NCBI GenBank assembly: GCA_963695245.1 | Contig: OY968770.1 | Coordinates: 1,916,704 to 1,980,703, forward strand | Length of the DNA: 64,000 nt | From: an uncultured Gammaproteobacteria bacterium | GTDB taxonomy: Bacteria; Pseudomonadota; Gammaproteobacteria; JBGSLN01 | Reading direction: 5' to 3' | Part shown: positions 1-9,865 of the stretch, in pieces | Position numbering within the stretch: the stretch's first letter is position 1 | How the letters are laid out: every line of letters begins with the position of its first letter | Made by a program: the position numbers and the translations under genes | The notes under the pieces: model-generated | Told to the model about the DNA's origin: nothing | Database searches by the model: none | What the model saw: the letters and a program-made list of their open reading frames with translations, nothing else

Positions 1-23
1 CAGGGTGTCCTGAGCCATCACAA

Positions 24-293
24 TCATTCACCTTCACCAAACTTATCATTCACTAAAGCCTCAATTTGAGTCAATGCTTCTTGTTCATCTTCACCATCAC
101 AAGTAATTTCAATTTCTGTGCCTTGACTTGCTGCCAGCATCATAACGCCCATAATACTTTTGCCATTCACAGATTTTCCATTGCGGCTGACTTCAATTTT
201 AGCGCCAAAGCGACTGGCCGTAGCAACGAACTTAGCAGCAGCGCGAGCATGAAGCCCCAGCTTGTTTATGATGGTTATTTTTTTTGTCTGCAT
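24..293 (-). CDS. ptsH: Phosphocarrier protein HPr (HPr/NPr family)
   Basis: GLHARAA (His15) and GKSIMGVM (Ser46) motifs; 89 aa; last gene of hpf-ptsN-hprK cluster. Confidence 0.93.
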   Translation of the reverse strand: MQTKKITIINKLGLHARAAAKFVATASRFGAKIEVSRNGKSVNGKSIMGVMMLAASQGTEIEITCDGEDEQEALTQIEALVNDKFGEGE

Positions 294-306
294 GGATTTA
301 TATACC

Positions 307-705
307 TTATTGTTGAGATTGTTGAAGCATCATAATGCCATCATGCCCACCACTCAATGCTTTTTCGCATAAACATTCGAGGTTTAAGTCAGCATAGTTT
401 AAAGTACGAATAAGCATGGGCAGATTGAGACCTGAAATAATCTTAACATGAGGGTAAGCATTTAAATGTTGAGCAATGTTACAGGGTGTAGCACCAAAAA
501 TATCAGTTAACACTAAAATATCTTTACCAGCATAATTGTGATCAATTAATGATTTAAGTTGAGAAAAAACTCTCTGCGGGTTGCAGTCATAAGGCGCACA
601 CAGACATTCGATTTGCTCAAGACTTGAGTTTAATAAGGTACTGGCGGTTTTTAGTAAACACTCGCCCACGTGTTCGTGGGTTAATAAAATTAATTGCACA
701 TTCAT
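307..705 (-). CDS. PTS EIIA component, mannose/fructose family
   Basis: N-terminal LILLTHE, ILVLTDIFGATPCN and SGLNLPML motifs typical of EIIA-Man. Confidence 0.88.
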   Translation of the reverse strand: MNVQLILLTHEHVGECLLKTASTLLNSSLEQIECLCAPYDCNPQRVFSQLKSLIDHNYAGKDILVLTDIFGATPCNIAQHLNAYPHVKIISGLNLPMLIRTLNYADLNLECLCEKALSGGHDGIMMLQQSQQ

Positions 706-712
706 AAGGATT

Positions 713-1258
713 TTAATTCTCTTGCAAAAATTTCTCTTGTCTTTGAATAAACTCTTCGCTGGAATGATAGCCTTTGGATTTTAATTTCTGGTTTAAAACA
801 GCCGCTTCAACTAAAACAACTAAATCACGGCCAGCCGCTACTGGAACGGTTACCTCAGGGATAGTGACATCCAAGATATCGCAGGAACGATACAGTCCAT
901 GTAATCTATCAATATTAACCAACTCGGTGTCACTTAGTTTATTCACGTAAATGATTAAATCTAAAACTTTATGATCTTTAATGGCTTTATCACCATACAT
1001 GGCTCGTATATTTAAAGGGCCTAAACCTCGAACTTCCAGAAAGTCTTTTAAAATTGGATGGCAAGTTCCCAGCAAAACATTATTTTCTTGTCGCTTAAAA
1101 TGAACAGCATCATCTGCAATCAGGCTATGACCCCGAGCGATAAGGCTTAACCCTAATTCGCTTTTACCAATCCCACTTGGGCCTGTTAGTAACACACCCA
1201 AGTCAAAAACATTTAAAAAAACCCCATGTAAGGTGGTAGTACTGTTTTTTTCACTCAT
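713..1258 (-). CDS. hprK: HPr kinase/phosphorylase, short form (kinase domain only)
   Basis: LHGV, Walker A GPSGIGKSE, LIADD, LEVRGLG, PVAAGRDL motifs; only 181 aa; ATGA overlap with ptsN. Confidence 0.9.
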   Translation of the reverse strand: MSEKNSTTTLHGVFLNVFDLGVLLTGPSGIGKSELGLSLIARGHSLIADDAVHFKRQENNVLLGTCHPILKDFLEVRGLGPLNIRAMYGDKAIKDHKVLDLIIYVNKLSDTELVNIDRLHGLYRSCDILDVTIPEVTVPVAAGRDLVVLVEAAVLNQKLKSKGYHSSEEFIQRQEKFLQEN

Positions 1259-1722
1259 GTTATTACATCAGAGCAAGAGGTTTTAATTAAGCATTGGTAT
1301 AGTTGAGCCTCCTGATGACATTGGCGTAATTTCGTACGGTAACTTTCATCGTGGAATATTTGAGCAATTGTGGCGATAATATTTAAATGGGTTTCATTGG
1401 CATCCTCTGGCACCATTAGCCCAAAAACAAGATCTACAGCCTTATCATCGGGACTGTCAAAGTCAACAGCAGGAGTCAGTGCTAAAAAACTAGAGTATAC
1501 TTGCTGGATGCCCTCCATACGGATATGGGGCAAGGCAACACCTTGACCTAAACCAGTACTACCGAGGCGTTCGCGCTCAACGAGCTTATTAAAAATTTTA
1601 TTGGATTCAACACCTGAGCATGTTTCTAATTGTTCACTTAAAAGCTCTAACAGTGCTTTTTTGGTAGAAATACCCTGGCATATTTTAACAGATTCAGGGT
1701 GAAGAAAATCAGCAATACGCAT
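1255..1722 (-). CDS. ptsN: PTS IIA-like nitrogen regulatory protein
   Basis: ERERLGSTGLGQGVALPH motif; position after hpf. Confidence 0.92.
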   Translation of the reverse strand: MRIADFLHPESVKICQGISTKKALLELLSEQLETCSGVESNKIFNKLVERERLGSTGLGQGVALPHIRMEGIQQVYSSFLALTPAVDFDSPDDKAVDLVFGLMVPEDANETHLNIIATIAQIFHDESYRTKLRQCHQEAQLYQCLIKTSCSDVIT

Positions 1723-1739
1723 ATATAAAACTCTACGGT

Positions 1740-2027
1740 TTAGTGCTGTTCTTTTTCCTTATGTTTTTTGACCTGACGGTCCAGTTTATCCACCAAACCA
1801 TCGATGGCTGCATACATATCTTCATTCGATTCGGAGCTTGCATGAAGTGTGCTGCCCGGAACATGGAGGGTAGCTTCGGCGATATGCCTTAGTTTTTCAA
1901 CGGTGAAGGTAACGTTGATACTGGTAATTTTATCAAAGTGACGTTGCACTTTTTCAATCTTATCCTGGGTAAATGCTCGTAATGCATCGGTTACGTCAAG
2001 ATGATGACCTGTAAATGTGATTTGCAT
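1740..2027 (-). CDS. hpf: Ribosome hibernation promoting factor
   Basis: MQITFTGHHLDVTDALR...DMYAAIDGLVDKLDRQVKKHKEK; 95 aa short HPF. Confidence 0.95.
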   Translation of the reverse strand: MQITFTGHHLDVTDALRAFTQDKIEKVQRHFDKITSINVTFTVEKLRHIAEATLHVPGSTLHASSESNEDMYAAIDGLVDKLDRQVKKHKEKEQH

Positions 2028-2096
2028 ATAAATACCTCAATCATAAAATAAGTTCATAAGACTATTTTACCGCACTTGAGCATGAGATGGAATATG

Positions 2097-2207
2097 TAAA
2101 TGTAGGTTGGGCTGACGGAGGAAGCCCAACAGGATATTCATTTAATTACGGCCTTTTTTAGTTGCCACGGCCTGTTGGGCTTCCTTCGTCAGCCCAACCT
2201 ACATTTA
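2097..2207. repeat. REP doublet (REPIN-like), GTAG family, copy 1
   Basis: 37-bp inverted arms 2097-2133 and 2171-2207; each arm has GTAG followed by the GTTGGGCT..AGCCCAAC palindrome; related copies at ~20461, ~32119 and ~41591. Confidence 0.85.
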
Positions 2208-2284
2208 TTATTTCGATTTTAATATGAAATTTTTTGTAAGGCCAATCTATCGTTAGGGGCTGAATATAAATTTTTGTGAAAAAA

Positions 2285-2665
2285 TCATATAGCTGCAACC
2301 GCATCCAATTCAACTTTGGCGTTTTTAGGCAATCCTGCTACAGCCACTACGGCTCTTGCTGGGAACGGTTTTTTAAAGTACTTTTGTACTAACTCGTTCA
2401 CTATGGGGAAGTCAGTCATATCTAACAAATAGATATTGAGCTTTACAATATTTTCTAAGTGCGTCTGAGCAGCTTCGCAAACGGCCTGAAGGTTTTGCAA
2501 TGCCTGTTCAAGTTGAGCTCTTACACAAGTGTCGGAGACTAATTTTTGTGATTGAGGGCAAAGACCAATTTGGCCTGAGATAAACAATAAATTGTCAATT
2601 TGGCAAGCTTGTGAATAAGCACCAATGGCAGCAGGAGCATGAGAGGTTTCAATGATTTTTTTCAT
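2285..2665 (-). CDS. ridA: RidA family reactive intermediate deaminase
   Basis: APAAIGAYSQA, LFISGQIGL, PARAVVAVAGLPKNAKVELDA motifs. Confidence 0.92.
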   Translation of the reverse strand: MKKIIETSHAPAAIGAYSQACQIDNLLFISGQIGLCPQSQKLVSDTCVRAQLEQALQNLQAVCEAAQTHLENIVKLNIYLLDMTDFPIVNELVQKYFKKPFPARAVVAVAGLPKNAKVELDAVAAI

Positions 2666-2715
2666 TGTTAAAGTTTCGAAAATTAGAACTTTAGCAAACA
2701 GGCATTATCAATTCA

Positions 2716-2746
2716 AGTACCTGAGTCACTTCGTGGCTCAGGTACT
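2716..2746. terminator. Intergenic stem-loop, possible terminator
   Basis: AGTACCTGAGTCAC-TTC-GTGGCTCAGGTACT 14-bp stem just downstream of ORF 2753..3166; no clear U-tract. Confidence 0.4.
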
Positions 2747-2752
2747 AAAAAA

Positions 2753-3166
2753 CTACTTATTAAATTTAAATGCTTGCTCGTTTTGTAAAGTATGAGATTG
2801 CTCTTTGTCTTGAGATTGAAGCTTTACCAAGCCTGAATGTCCAAAGACACCAATTCTCTGTAAATTTTTTGCGGTGGCTCTTACAATATCTGTATTTGCC
2901 TGGCTTGAAATGTCATTTTGCACTTGTTGTTGGAGGCTAATTTGACCTGCAGAAGTAAAGCTGCTCATAAAGTGTAAGCTTGCTTCTCGTTTTTCATTTT
3001 TATGCCCACTAGCATCCATTCGAACTTGAGCCTCTTGAGCTTCTTTGGTGGTAAGCTCTGCACGCGAAATTATACCGTATCGAGCGCCGTCATTGGGGCG
3101 TTGGCTTGCAAGCGTTGCGCTAGAAAAAATTCTTGTAATGTGTGGGTTTTTAACTAAAGCAACCAT
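2753..3166 (-). CDS. Hypothetical protein (137 aa, polar/Gln-rich)
   Basis: ORF with AGGGAG RBS, 16 bp downstream of ORF 3183..3608; no recognised motif. Confidence 0.65.
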   Translation of the reverse strand: MVALVKNPHITRIFSSATLASQRPNDGARYGIISRAELTTKEAQEAQVRMDASGHKNEKREASLHFMSSFTSAGQISLQQQVQNDISSQANTDIVRATAKNLQRIGVFGHSGLVKLQSQDKEQSHTLQNEQAFKFNK

Positions 3167-3182
3167 TAGGTTCTCCCTAAAA

Positions 3183-3608
3183 TTAAACTAAATTACTCTC
3201 AAAAATGGATTCACTGTCAAAGGTATAACAAGGTAGCTTATCCTGCATTGAACAAAGTTCTGCAACTGTGCCACCACGAAATTTGCCAGTGTAAGAAACA
3301 TCGTAATCGAGCCTTTGTGCCAATTGTTTGGCGTGTTTCACAAAATCTCTGGCGTAATCCAAACCTTCTTGAGTAACCTGAACATTATCCAACACTTGAA
3401 AGGCAATTACAAGTTGTTGAATATCGCTATTCACAAAAGCCATTGCCACAATACCATGCTGGTAAAATGTTTCTGCATTCGTAACTTCCCATTTATCCAA
3501 AAAGCTGCCTTTTTGAGGGAACTTATGTGATGCCAAAAAATAATAGTCTCGAGGGGTTACGGGTTGCTTAGATTGCCACACCATAAATGTCTCCAAATAC
3601 TCATCCAC
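3183..3608 (-). CDS. Degenerate lipase_3-like alpha/beta-hydrolase (pseudo-lipase)
   Basis: LVIAFQ..., YTGKFRGGTVAEL (cf. TGHSLGG.LA) and CYTFDS (cf. .TF.SP) occur in canonical order; the nucleophile Ser is absent; GTG start. Confidence 0.55.
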   Translation of the reverse strand: MDEYLETFMVWQSKQPVTPRDYYFLASHKFPQKGSFLDKWEVTNAETFYQHGIVAMAFVNSDIQQLVIAFQVLDNVQVTQEGLDYARDFVKHAKQLAQRLDYDVSYTGKFRGGTVAELCSMQDKLPCYTFDSESIFESNLV

Positions 3609-3772
3609 TGATTTTTAAGAGTCAGCTCATCCATAAAGCATATCTAATTAAAACATAAAAACTTAAAAATGCAAGAAATTTTTATTTGTTTTCAATAAGT
3701 TATACTGCAATCTTACCTTTTGACATTATCACGCTATATCTTGTCTTTAAAAAAAATAAAAGCACAACAACC

Positions 3773-3803
3773 TGTGGATTAGCTGGGTATAACCTGTGAA
3801 AAA
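3773..3803. promoter_or_regulatory. Three degenerate DnaA-box-like 9-mers at 11-bp spacing
   Basis: TGTGGATTA (3773), TGGGTATAA (3784), TGTGAAAAA (3795) versus consensus TGTGGATAA, in an AT-rich divergent intergenic region. Confidence 0.3.
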
Positions 3804-3898
3804 AACATAAAAATTTATTAACTTCACAAAAATTAAATTTAAATAATTTCTAAAAACAGATAAAATTATATCATGATTCAAGTAAAAGTGTAAAAATA

Positions 3899-4096
3899 AT
3901 GAACAAAAAAATTTTAGAAATCCTGGCTTGTCCTGTTTGTAAAGGTAAATTGATTTATCATAAACCTACCAAAGAATTAATTTGTCGGATGGATAAAGTA
4001 GCTTTTAGCTTTAATGAAGGCATTCCAGTGATGTTAGCGGATGAAGCCCGATCTTTGAGCCTGGAAGAAGTAGAAGCAATTCGTAAATCTACTTAA
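3899..4096 (+). CDS. ycaR: Trm112 family protein (UPF0434, YcaR)
   Basis: LEILACPVCKGKL...GIPVMLADEAR motif. Confidence 0.92.
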   Translation: MNKKILEILACPVCKGKLIYHKPTKELICRMDKVAFSFNEGIPVMLADEARSLSLEEVEAIRKST

Positions 4097-4337
4097 ACTC
4101 ATCGTTATCGTAAGTGTGTGAAGCGTGGTTCTTGCTTAATGCAACATCCTGTTTTTTAGAAGGAAAAAATTTTCGTTTTAAATAGGCCAAGCAAAAAAGA
4201 ATCAGGCCGATGGCGCCACCGATTAGCAGCACGTAAGAAAAAACGATAATGGCAACCACAATAATTACCAAAAAAATCCCTGCGCCCAGAAAGGGCGCAA
4301 GTTTAGCCAAAATTGGATTGTGTTGTTGAGTCATCAT
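4089..4337 (-). CDS. Small hypothetical membrane protein
   Basis: 82 aa with two hydrophobic segments; start overlaps the rne stop (TAATG). Confidence 0.7.
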   Translation of the reverse strand: MMTQQHNPILAKLAPFLGAGIFLVIIVVAIIVFSYVLLIGGAIGLILFCLAYLKRKFFPSKKQDVALSKNHASHTYDNDEFK

Positions 4338-6403
4338 TAATCCGTGTTTTCGGTATTTGAAGAATGCTTTTGGGGTTTCTCTACCATTTTAGCATGTTCA
4401 CGTTGCATTTCACGCTCAATTTCCACAAAATCCCTTTGTACAGTCGTATTTTTTTTATCAGTGAAATCAGAGTGAGTATTTGTATTTTTTAAATCTTTCT
4501 GATATTTACCGCCTTCAGTTTTTTTTCGAGGTTTAGTTCGACGATTTGATTTGTTGCGATTATCGGGTTTTTTATCAGAAGTTTTTACCTCAGGAGCACG
4601 TTGACGGGATTTGTGTGGCGTTTTCTTATTAGAGCGTTCAGTTTTATTTTTTGGCTTATCACCATGGTCGGAACGTGCTTTAGCTTTTTTAGTATGTGGT
4701 TTGCGTGAAGAGGCTTTTTGCTCTAAATTTGCTGAACCAAATAAAGCTTGCCACAGGCGTTTTACAAGGCCAGGCTGGTTATGAGGATTCCCTTCACTGC
4801 TATCAGCTGAGGTATCAACAATACCTTTAACCGCAGGCAACTCAGGGGCGTGGTAATCAGAAGCAGCACTGACTTCCAGTTTTGGTGTGCTTTGGATTTC
4901 ATAACTTTTTTTCGGATAATTACCTATCTCATCCTCTTTAATTCTTTCGATGATATAGTGTGGCGTTTCCATATGTGGGTTTGGAATGACCACAACATCT
5001 ACTCGATGTCTTTTCTCAATATTAACCAAAGAATGGCGTTTTTCATTAATTAAAAAGGTCGCCACTTCAAAAGGTAATTGAATCTGCACTTTTGCTGTAT
5101 TCTCTTTAAGTGTTTCTTCTTCAATAATTCGAACTAAAGAAAGACTTAAAGATTCAATGCCACGAATTGTTCCGCCACCATTACAGCGAGGACAAATTTT
5201 TTGAATGGTTTCATTCAGAGCAGGGCGCAAACGCTGTCGAGACATTTCCAGCATGCCAAAACGGGATATACGACCCACCTGAATTCTTGCTCTATCAACT
5301 TTTAAGGCATCCCGAAGTCGGTTTTCTACATCTCGTTGATTTTTACTGGTTCCCATATCGATAAAATCAATAACCACTAAACCCCCAAGATCTCGTAAAC
5401 GTAACTGTCTGGCAATTTCTTCTGCGGCTTCAAGATTGGTATTTAGTGCAGTTTGTTCGATATCAGAGCCTTTTGTGTCTTTGCCTGAGTTAATATCAAT
5501 GGCAACCAACGCCTCGGTTCTATCTATGACGATTTCTCCGCCAGAGGGCAGTCGAACTTCACGATGATAAGCGGATTCAATTTGTGATTCTATTTGAAAT
5601 CTTGAAAAAAGCGGGATTGTGTCTTGGTAAAGTTTGATTTTGTTAATAAAATCTGGACGGACTTTTTGGATGTAGTTACGGGCTTTAGTAAATACTTCAT
5701 GGTTATCCACTAATACTTCCATGATATCTTTACGCAAATAATCTCTAAAAGCCCTTAAAATCACATCACTTTCCTGATGAATTAAGGTTGGCGCCGTATG
5801 TTCATGACCAGCCGCTTGAATTGCACCCCATTGTCGAATGAGCAGGTCTAGATCCCACTGCAAATCAGCAATATCTTTGCCAACACCTGCGGTGCGAATA
5901 ATAATACCCATACCCTCTGGAACATTTAAATTATCAAGAATTTCTTTGAGTTCAGCTCTTTCATCACCTTCTATTCTTCGGGAAATGCCGCCTGCCTTAG
6001 GATTATTGGGCATAAGTACCAAATAACAACCCGCTAAACTGATAAAGCTGGTGAGAGCCGCGCCTTTTGAGCCTCTTTCTTCTCTAACCACTTGAATTAA
6101 AAATTCCTGACCTTCTTTAACAACATCTTTAATGCTAATGCGTTCTTTATTTTCAGGTGGTTGTTTGGCAAAAACAGCGCTGCTGATTTCTTTCAGAGGT
6201 AAAAACCCATGTCTTTGTGCCCCAAAGTCTACAAAAGCAGCCTCAAGACTTGGTTCAATTCTGGTGATTTTTCCCTTATAAATATTGGCTTTTTTCTGTT
6301 CTCGGTTCGTTCTTTCAATATCCAGGTCGTATAAACTTTGCCCTTGAACCAAAGCAACGCGGATTTCTTCTTTGTGAGAAGCATTAATGAGCATTCTATT
6401 CAT
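4337..6403 (-). CDS. rne: Ribonuclease E
   Basis: RMLINA..EEIRVALV, S1 domain, DFIDM catalytic motif, CPRCNGGG Zn-link, amphipathic GLVKRLWQALFG; start set at the ATG at 6403 behind a GAGGA RBS. Confidence 0.97.
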   Translation of the reverse strand: MNRMLINASHKEEIRVALVQGQSLYDLDIERTNREQKKANIYKGKITRIEPSLEAAFVDFGAQRHGFLPLKEISSAVFAKQPPENKERISIKDVVKEGQEFLIQVVREERGSKGAALTSFISLAGCYLVLMPNNPKAGGISRRIEGDERAELKEILDNLNVPEGMGIIIRTAGVGKDIADLQWDLDLLIRQWGAIQAAGHEHTAPTLIHQESDVILRAFRDYLRKDIMEVLVDNHEVFTKARNYIQKVRPDFINKIKLYQDTIPLFSRFQIESQIESAYHREVRLPSGGEIVIDRTEALVAIDINSGKDTKGSDIEQTALNTNLEAAEEIARQLRLRDLGGLVVIDFIDMGTSKNQRDVENRLRDALKVDRARIQVGRISRFGMLEMSRQRLRPALNETIQKICPRCNGGGTIRGIESLSLSLVRIIEEETLKENTAKVQIQLPFEVATFLINEKRHSLVNIEKRHRVDVVVIPNPHMETPHYIIERIKEDEIGNYPKKSYEIQSTPKLEVSAASDYHAPELPAVKGIVDTSADSSEGNPHNQPGLVKRLWQALFGSANLEQKASSRKPHTKKAKARSDHGDKPKNKTERSNKKTPHKSRQRAPEVKTSDKKPDNRNKSNRRTKPRKKTEGGKYQKDLKNTNTHSDFTDKKNTTVQRDFVEIEREMQREHAKMVEKPQKHSSNTENTD

Positions 6404-6948
6404 GTATCTATCCTCAAAATCAGATACAAAATGATGCAATAGACATTAGAGTTTACTTAATATTAAGCTCATTAAAGACTTGAAGGTTTTATCTGAAAAT
6501 GCTGTACGAGTCAGCACACCCAAAGTTTCTAATATAAAATCAGTAAAACTTTATCAAACTCAGACAAATAGTTTAGTATTATGTCTGACCTAAAAAAACC
6601 CGAAGACTTCCCATGTATCCTGTTGAAGTGACTTAAGCGTCAATTTAAATTTAATTATATCCTGTGAAAACAATTAAATTTTTAAACAAAAAGATTTGTT
6701 TTGTGTTAGCTCCTAGCCGACTTAGTAAAAATAATGACTGTTTGCGTCTGTTTTGCAGGTGATGAGTCAGGGAGCTTTGCTCGACCTGAAACCTGAAATC
6801 AGTACATCTTTGTATCTTAAAAATTCGTTATTAATAATTGGCTTATTGCCGTAAGTTTTATGCTACCATTAGCCATCATTTAACTGTGCTGACATTCAGG
6901 TAACAAATTACAAGCAATAGTATATCAGGTAATTCTTAAGGTTAATAC

Positions 6949-7890
6949 ATGAAAATCAATAAAAAATTTTCACAGGTGCAGTATGTGACCATTGGCGCAG
7001 AAAAACACAATCAGCGAGTAGATAACTTTTTAATCTCCGCTTTAAATAACGCGCCTAAGTCTTTAATTTATAGAATTATTAGAAAAGGTGAGGTTCGGGT
7101 TAATAAAAAAAGAGTCAAACCTGACTATCGATTATGTGAAAATGATTTAGTTCGATTACCACCGCTTAAAATAGAAGAAAAACCAACGTTACAGATCTCT
7201 GATAGTTCTATGGATTTTGTTAAAGGGAAAATTATCTTTGAAAATCAACAGTTTTTAGCACTTAATAAACCCAGTGGCCTGGCTGTTCACGGAGGAACTG
7301 GAATTAGTACAGGGCTAATACACATATTAAGAAAACTTTATGTTAATGAAAATTTTATTGAATTAATTCATAGACTTGACAGAGAAACCTCGGGTTGTTT
7401 ATTAATTGCAAAAACTCCGGCTTTTTTAAAAATATTACAGTCACAGTGGTTATCACCAGATATTCATAAATACTACTATTGTCTTGTAAAAGGTAGGTGG
7501 CCAAGAAAGTTGCAACAGGTAGACTTAAAGCTTAGAAAGAATCAAATGAAAGGCATGGAAAGGGTGGTTGAAGTTTCCCAAACAGGCAAGCCTGCCTTAA
7601 CAGAATTTGAGGTAGTCCAATATTATCCAGAGTCTACCTTACTACAGGCCAGACTCATGACTGGCCGAACTCACCAGATTCGTGTTCATACCGCAGCTTC
7701 AGGACATCCCATTGCCGGAGATTTGAAATATGGTGATAAAGAATTTAATCGCCTTATGAAATCTAAAGGACTCGATAGACTTTTTTTACATTCAAAAAGC
7801 ATTATTTTGCCCTTAGAATTTTTTGAGGCTCAAAGGATTGACGCTCCATTGCCCAAGTCTCTTGAGAATCTGCTGGCATCTATGGTGTGA
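6949..7890 (+). CDS. rluC: 23S rRNA pseudouridine synthase C
   Basis: S4 domain (QRVDNFL), HRLDRETSG, GRTHQIRVH; divergent from rne. Confidence 0.94.
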   Translation: MKINKKFSQVQYVTIGAEKHNQRVDNFLISALNNAPKSLIYRIIRKGEVRVNKKRVKPDYRLCENDLVRLPPLKIEEKPTLQISDSSMDFVKGKIIFENQQFLALNKPSGLAVHGGTGISTGLIHILRKLYVNENFIELIHRLDRETSGCLLIAKTPAFLKILQSQWLSPDIHKYYYCLVKGRWPRKLQQVDLKLRKNQMKGMERVVEVSQTGKPALTEFEVVQYYPESTLLQARLMTGRTHQIRVHTAASGHPIAGDLKYGDKEFNRLMKSKGLDRLFLHSKSIILPLEFFEAQRIDAPLPKSLENLLASMV

Positions 7891-7944
7891 TTAAAGGAAA
7901 TCACTGGACATTAGCGTGAATAATCGTTAATATCTGCGGTCGTT

Positions 7945-8481
7945 ATGAATGAAGCAAAGATACCCAAAAAAATAAAGGCTGAGCAATATTGCCAACAGGG
8001 TGCAAGTCTTGTGGGATATCTGACAGATAGGGATTTAATTCGACTTAGAGACAGTGTTCATATTATGAACTCTGAACTGCTAGTGAATTTAAATTTCATC
8101 TATGATGAATACAGCAAGCCGGTTGCCAGAGGAACATTGAATATTTCACTGGATTTAATCTGTCAACGATGTTTAAAACCCTTTGAGTTAAACATTCACA
8201 CAGATTTAAACTGGGTGTTTGTTTTAAATGACAAAGAAGCAAAGCAGGCTCAACATCATTATGATCCTGTTTTGCTAGAAAATAATGGTGAATTAAAACT
8301 AATAGATGTTTTGGAAGATGAAATTTTTTTAAATCTTCCCATCATCCCAATGCATAAAAATTTAGCGGATTGCAAGTTTGTAAAACTTCAATCAAAACAA
8401 ACTGATTTCGAGGAAAATGACCAAGTCAATTACAATCCTTTTTCAGTTTTAAAGACGTTAAAAAAAGATAATAAAGATTAA
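7945..8481 (+). CDS. yceD: YceD family 23S rRNA accumulation protein
   Basis: LICQRCL, EDEIFLNLPIIPMH, NPFSVLKTLK; upstream of rpmF. Confidence 0.9.
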   Translation: MNEAKIPKKIKAEQYCQQGASLVGYLTDRDLIRLRDSVHIMNSELLVNLNFIYDEYSKPVARGTLNISLDLICQRCLKPFELNIHTDLNWVFVLNDKEAKQAQHHYDPVLLENNGELKLIDVLEDEIFLNLPIIPMHKNLADCKFVKLQSKQTDFEENDQVNYNPFSVLKTLKKDNKD

Positions 8482-8512
8482 ATTTAATTAATTTTAAGTT
8501 TGGAGACTTACA

Positions 8513-8710
8513 ATGGCCGTTCAAAAGTCAAAAAAATCAAGAGCAAAACGCGGAACTCGTCGTGCTCATAATGCACTTAAAAGTCCTGCATTATCTATCG
8601 ATGCCACTACAGGTGAAACACACCGTCGTCATCACCTGACCCCAGATGGTTACTATCGTGGTCGTCAGGTTATTGAAGAACCTGCTATGGAAGACGACTC
8701 AGAGGATTAA
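8513..8710 (+). CDS. rpmF: 50S ribosomal protein L32
   Basis: [19 protein letters not shown]...[14 protein letters not shown]. Confidence 0.97.
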   Translation: MAVQKSKKSRAKRGTRRAHNALKSPALSIDATTGETHRRHHLTPDGYYRGRQVIEEPAMEDDSED

Positions 8711-8715
8711 CTTCT

Positions 8716-9756
8716 TTGTCTAAAAAAATAACAATTGCTATCGATGCAATGGGAGGTGACTACGGTCCAGAAGTAGTCGTACCTGCCGCAATATCGAGCC
8801 TAAAGCAAGACAAAGATTTAAATATCATTCTTGTGGGACATGAGTCCAAGATAGCACCTTATCTGACAAAATGCCCTGCAGATGTGTTGTCCCGTTGCAG
8901 CGTTCATCATGCATCTCAAGTAGTAGAAATGGATGAGCCACCCGCACAGGCTCTGAGATTCAAAAAAGACTCGTCCATGAGAATTGCTATCAATTTAGTC
9001 AAAGATAAGTCTGCAGATGCCTGCGTCAGTGCTGGTAATACCGGAGCGCTAATGGCGACAGCAAAATTTGTACTCAAAACCTTACCGGGCATTGATAGGC
9101 CAGCCATCAGTGCGTTACTGCCCACTATGGATCGTGCTAAGAATGTTCGTGTGCTGGATCTAGGCGCTAATGTAGATTCAACCAGCGAACAGCTTTTTCA
9201 ATTTGCTATTATGGGTTCAGTATTATCTTCCACCGTTGGCAGTCAGCGTAAACCCGCAGTTGGTCTGCTTAATATCGGTGAAGAGAATATCAAAGGTAAT
9301 GAACAGGTAAAAGAAACCGCAAAATTACTGGAGGCTCAAAGCGAAATTAATTATATCGGCTTTATTGAAGGTGATGATATATATAAAGGCATCGCAGATG
9401 TCGTAGTTTGTGATGGTTTTGTGGGCAATGTAGCTTTGAAAACTTCGGAAGGTCTAGCCAAGTTGCTTTCTCAGTATATAAAAGAAGCGTTTACCAAAAA
9501 CTGGTTAAGTAAACTTTCAGCATTTACAGCCATGCACGTACTACGTCGCTTGAAAAAACGGCTTGATCCAGCTAATTATAACGGCGCCAGTCTTGCTGGA
9601 TTACAGGGGATTGTTGTTAAAAGCCATGGTAGCGCCAATATCAATGCTTACTGTAATGCAATAGAAGAAGCCAAAAAAGAAGTACAAAATAATGTTACTG
9701 AAGCCATTAAGTTTGAGGTAGAATTACTGCTACAAAAATTGGAACATATTATGTAA
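8716..9756 (+). CDS. plsX: Phosphate acyltransferase PlsX
   Basis: [34 protein letters not shown] motifs. Confidence 0.96.
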   Translation: MSKKITIAIDAMGGDYGPEVVVPAAISSLKQDKDLNIILVGHESKIAPYLTKCPADVLSRCSVHHASQVVEMDEPPAQALRFKKDSSMRIAINLVKDKSADACVSAGNTGALMATAKFVLKTLPGIDRPAISALLPTMDRAKNVRVLDLGANVDSTSEQLFQFAIMGSVLSSTVGSQRKPAVGLLNIGEENIKGNEQVKETAKLLEAQSEINYIGFIEGDDIYKGIADVVVCDGFVGNVALKTSEGLAKLLSQYIKEAFTKNWLSKLSAFTAMHVLRRLKKRLDPANYNGASLAGLQGIVVKSHGSANINAYCNAIEEAKKEVQNNVTEAIKFEVELLLQKLEHIM

Positions 9757-9865
9757 CTACAATAGGTTGCCGCAATTTTAATTGCATCAAGCCATTTCAA
9801 AGATTAAAAAATTAATCCTGAAGGGAAGCCATTTTTGGGGATTATTTTATGGGGGGATTTTTATA

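Noticed and set aside
6404..6948. Long rne-rluC intergenic region as a novel ncRNA
   Set aside because: A long structured 5' UTR is normal for rne autoregulation, and I cannot support a distinct RNA from sequence alone.
9782..9865. N-terminal extensions in the ORF track (fabD, also rne, tatD, fdxA, tusD, ruvA)
   Set aside because: Downstream ATGs have RBSs and match the family N-termini; the extensions are longest-ORF artefacts.
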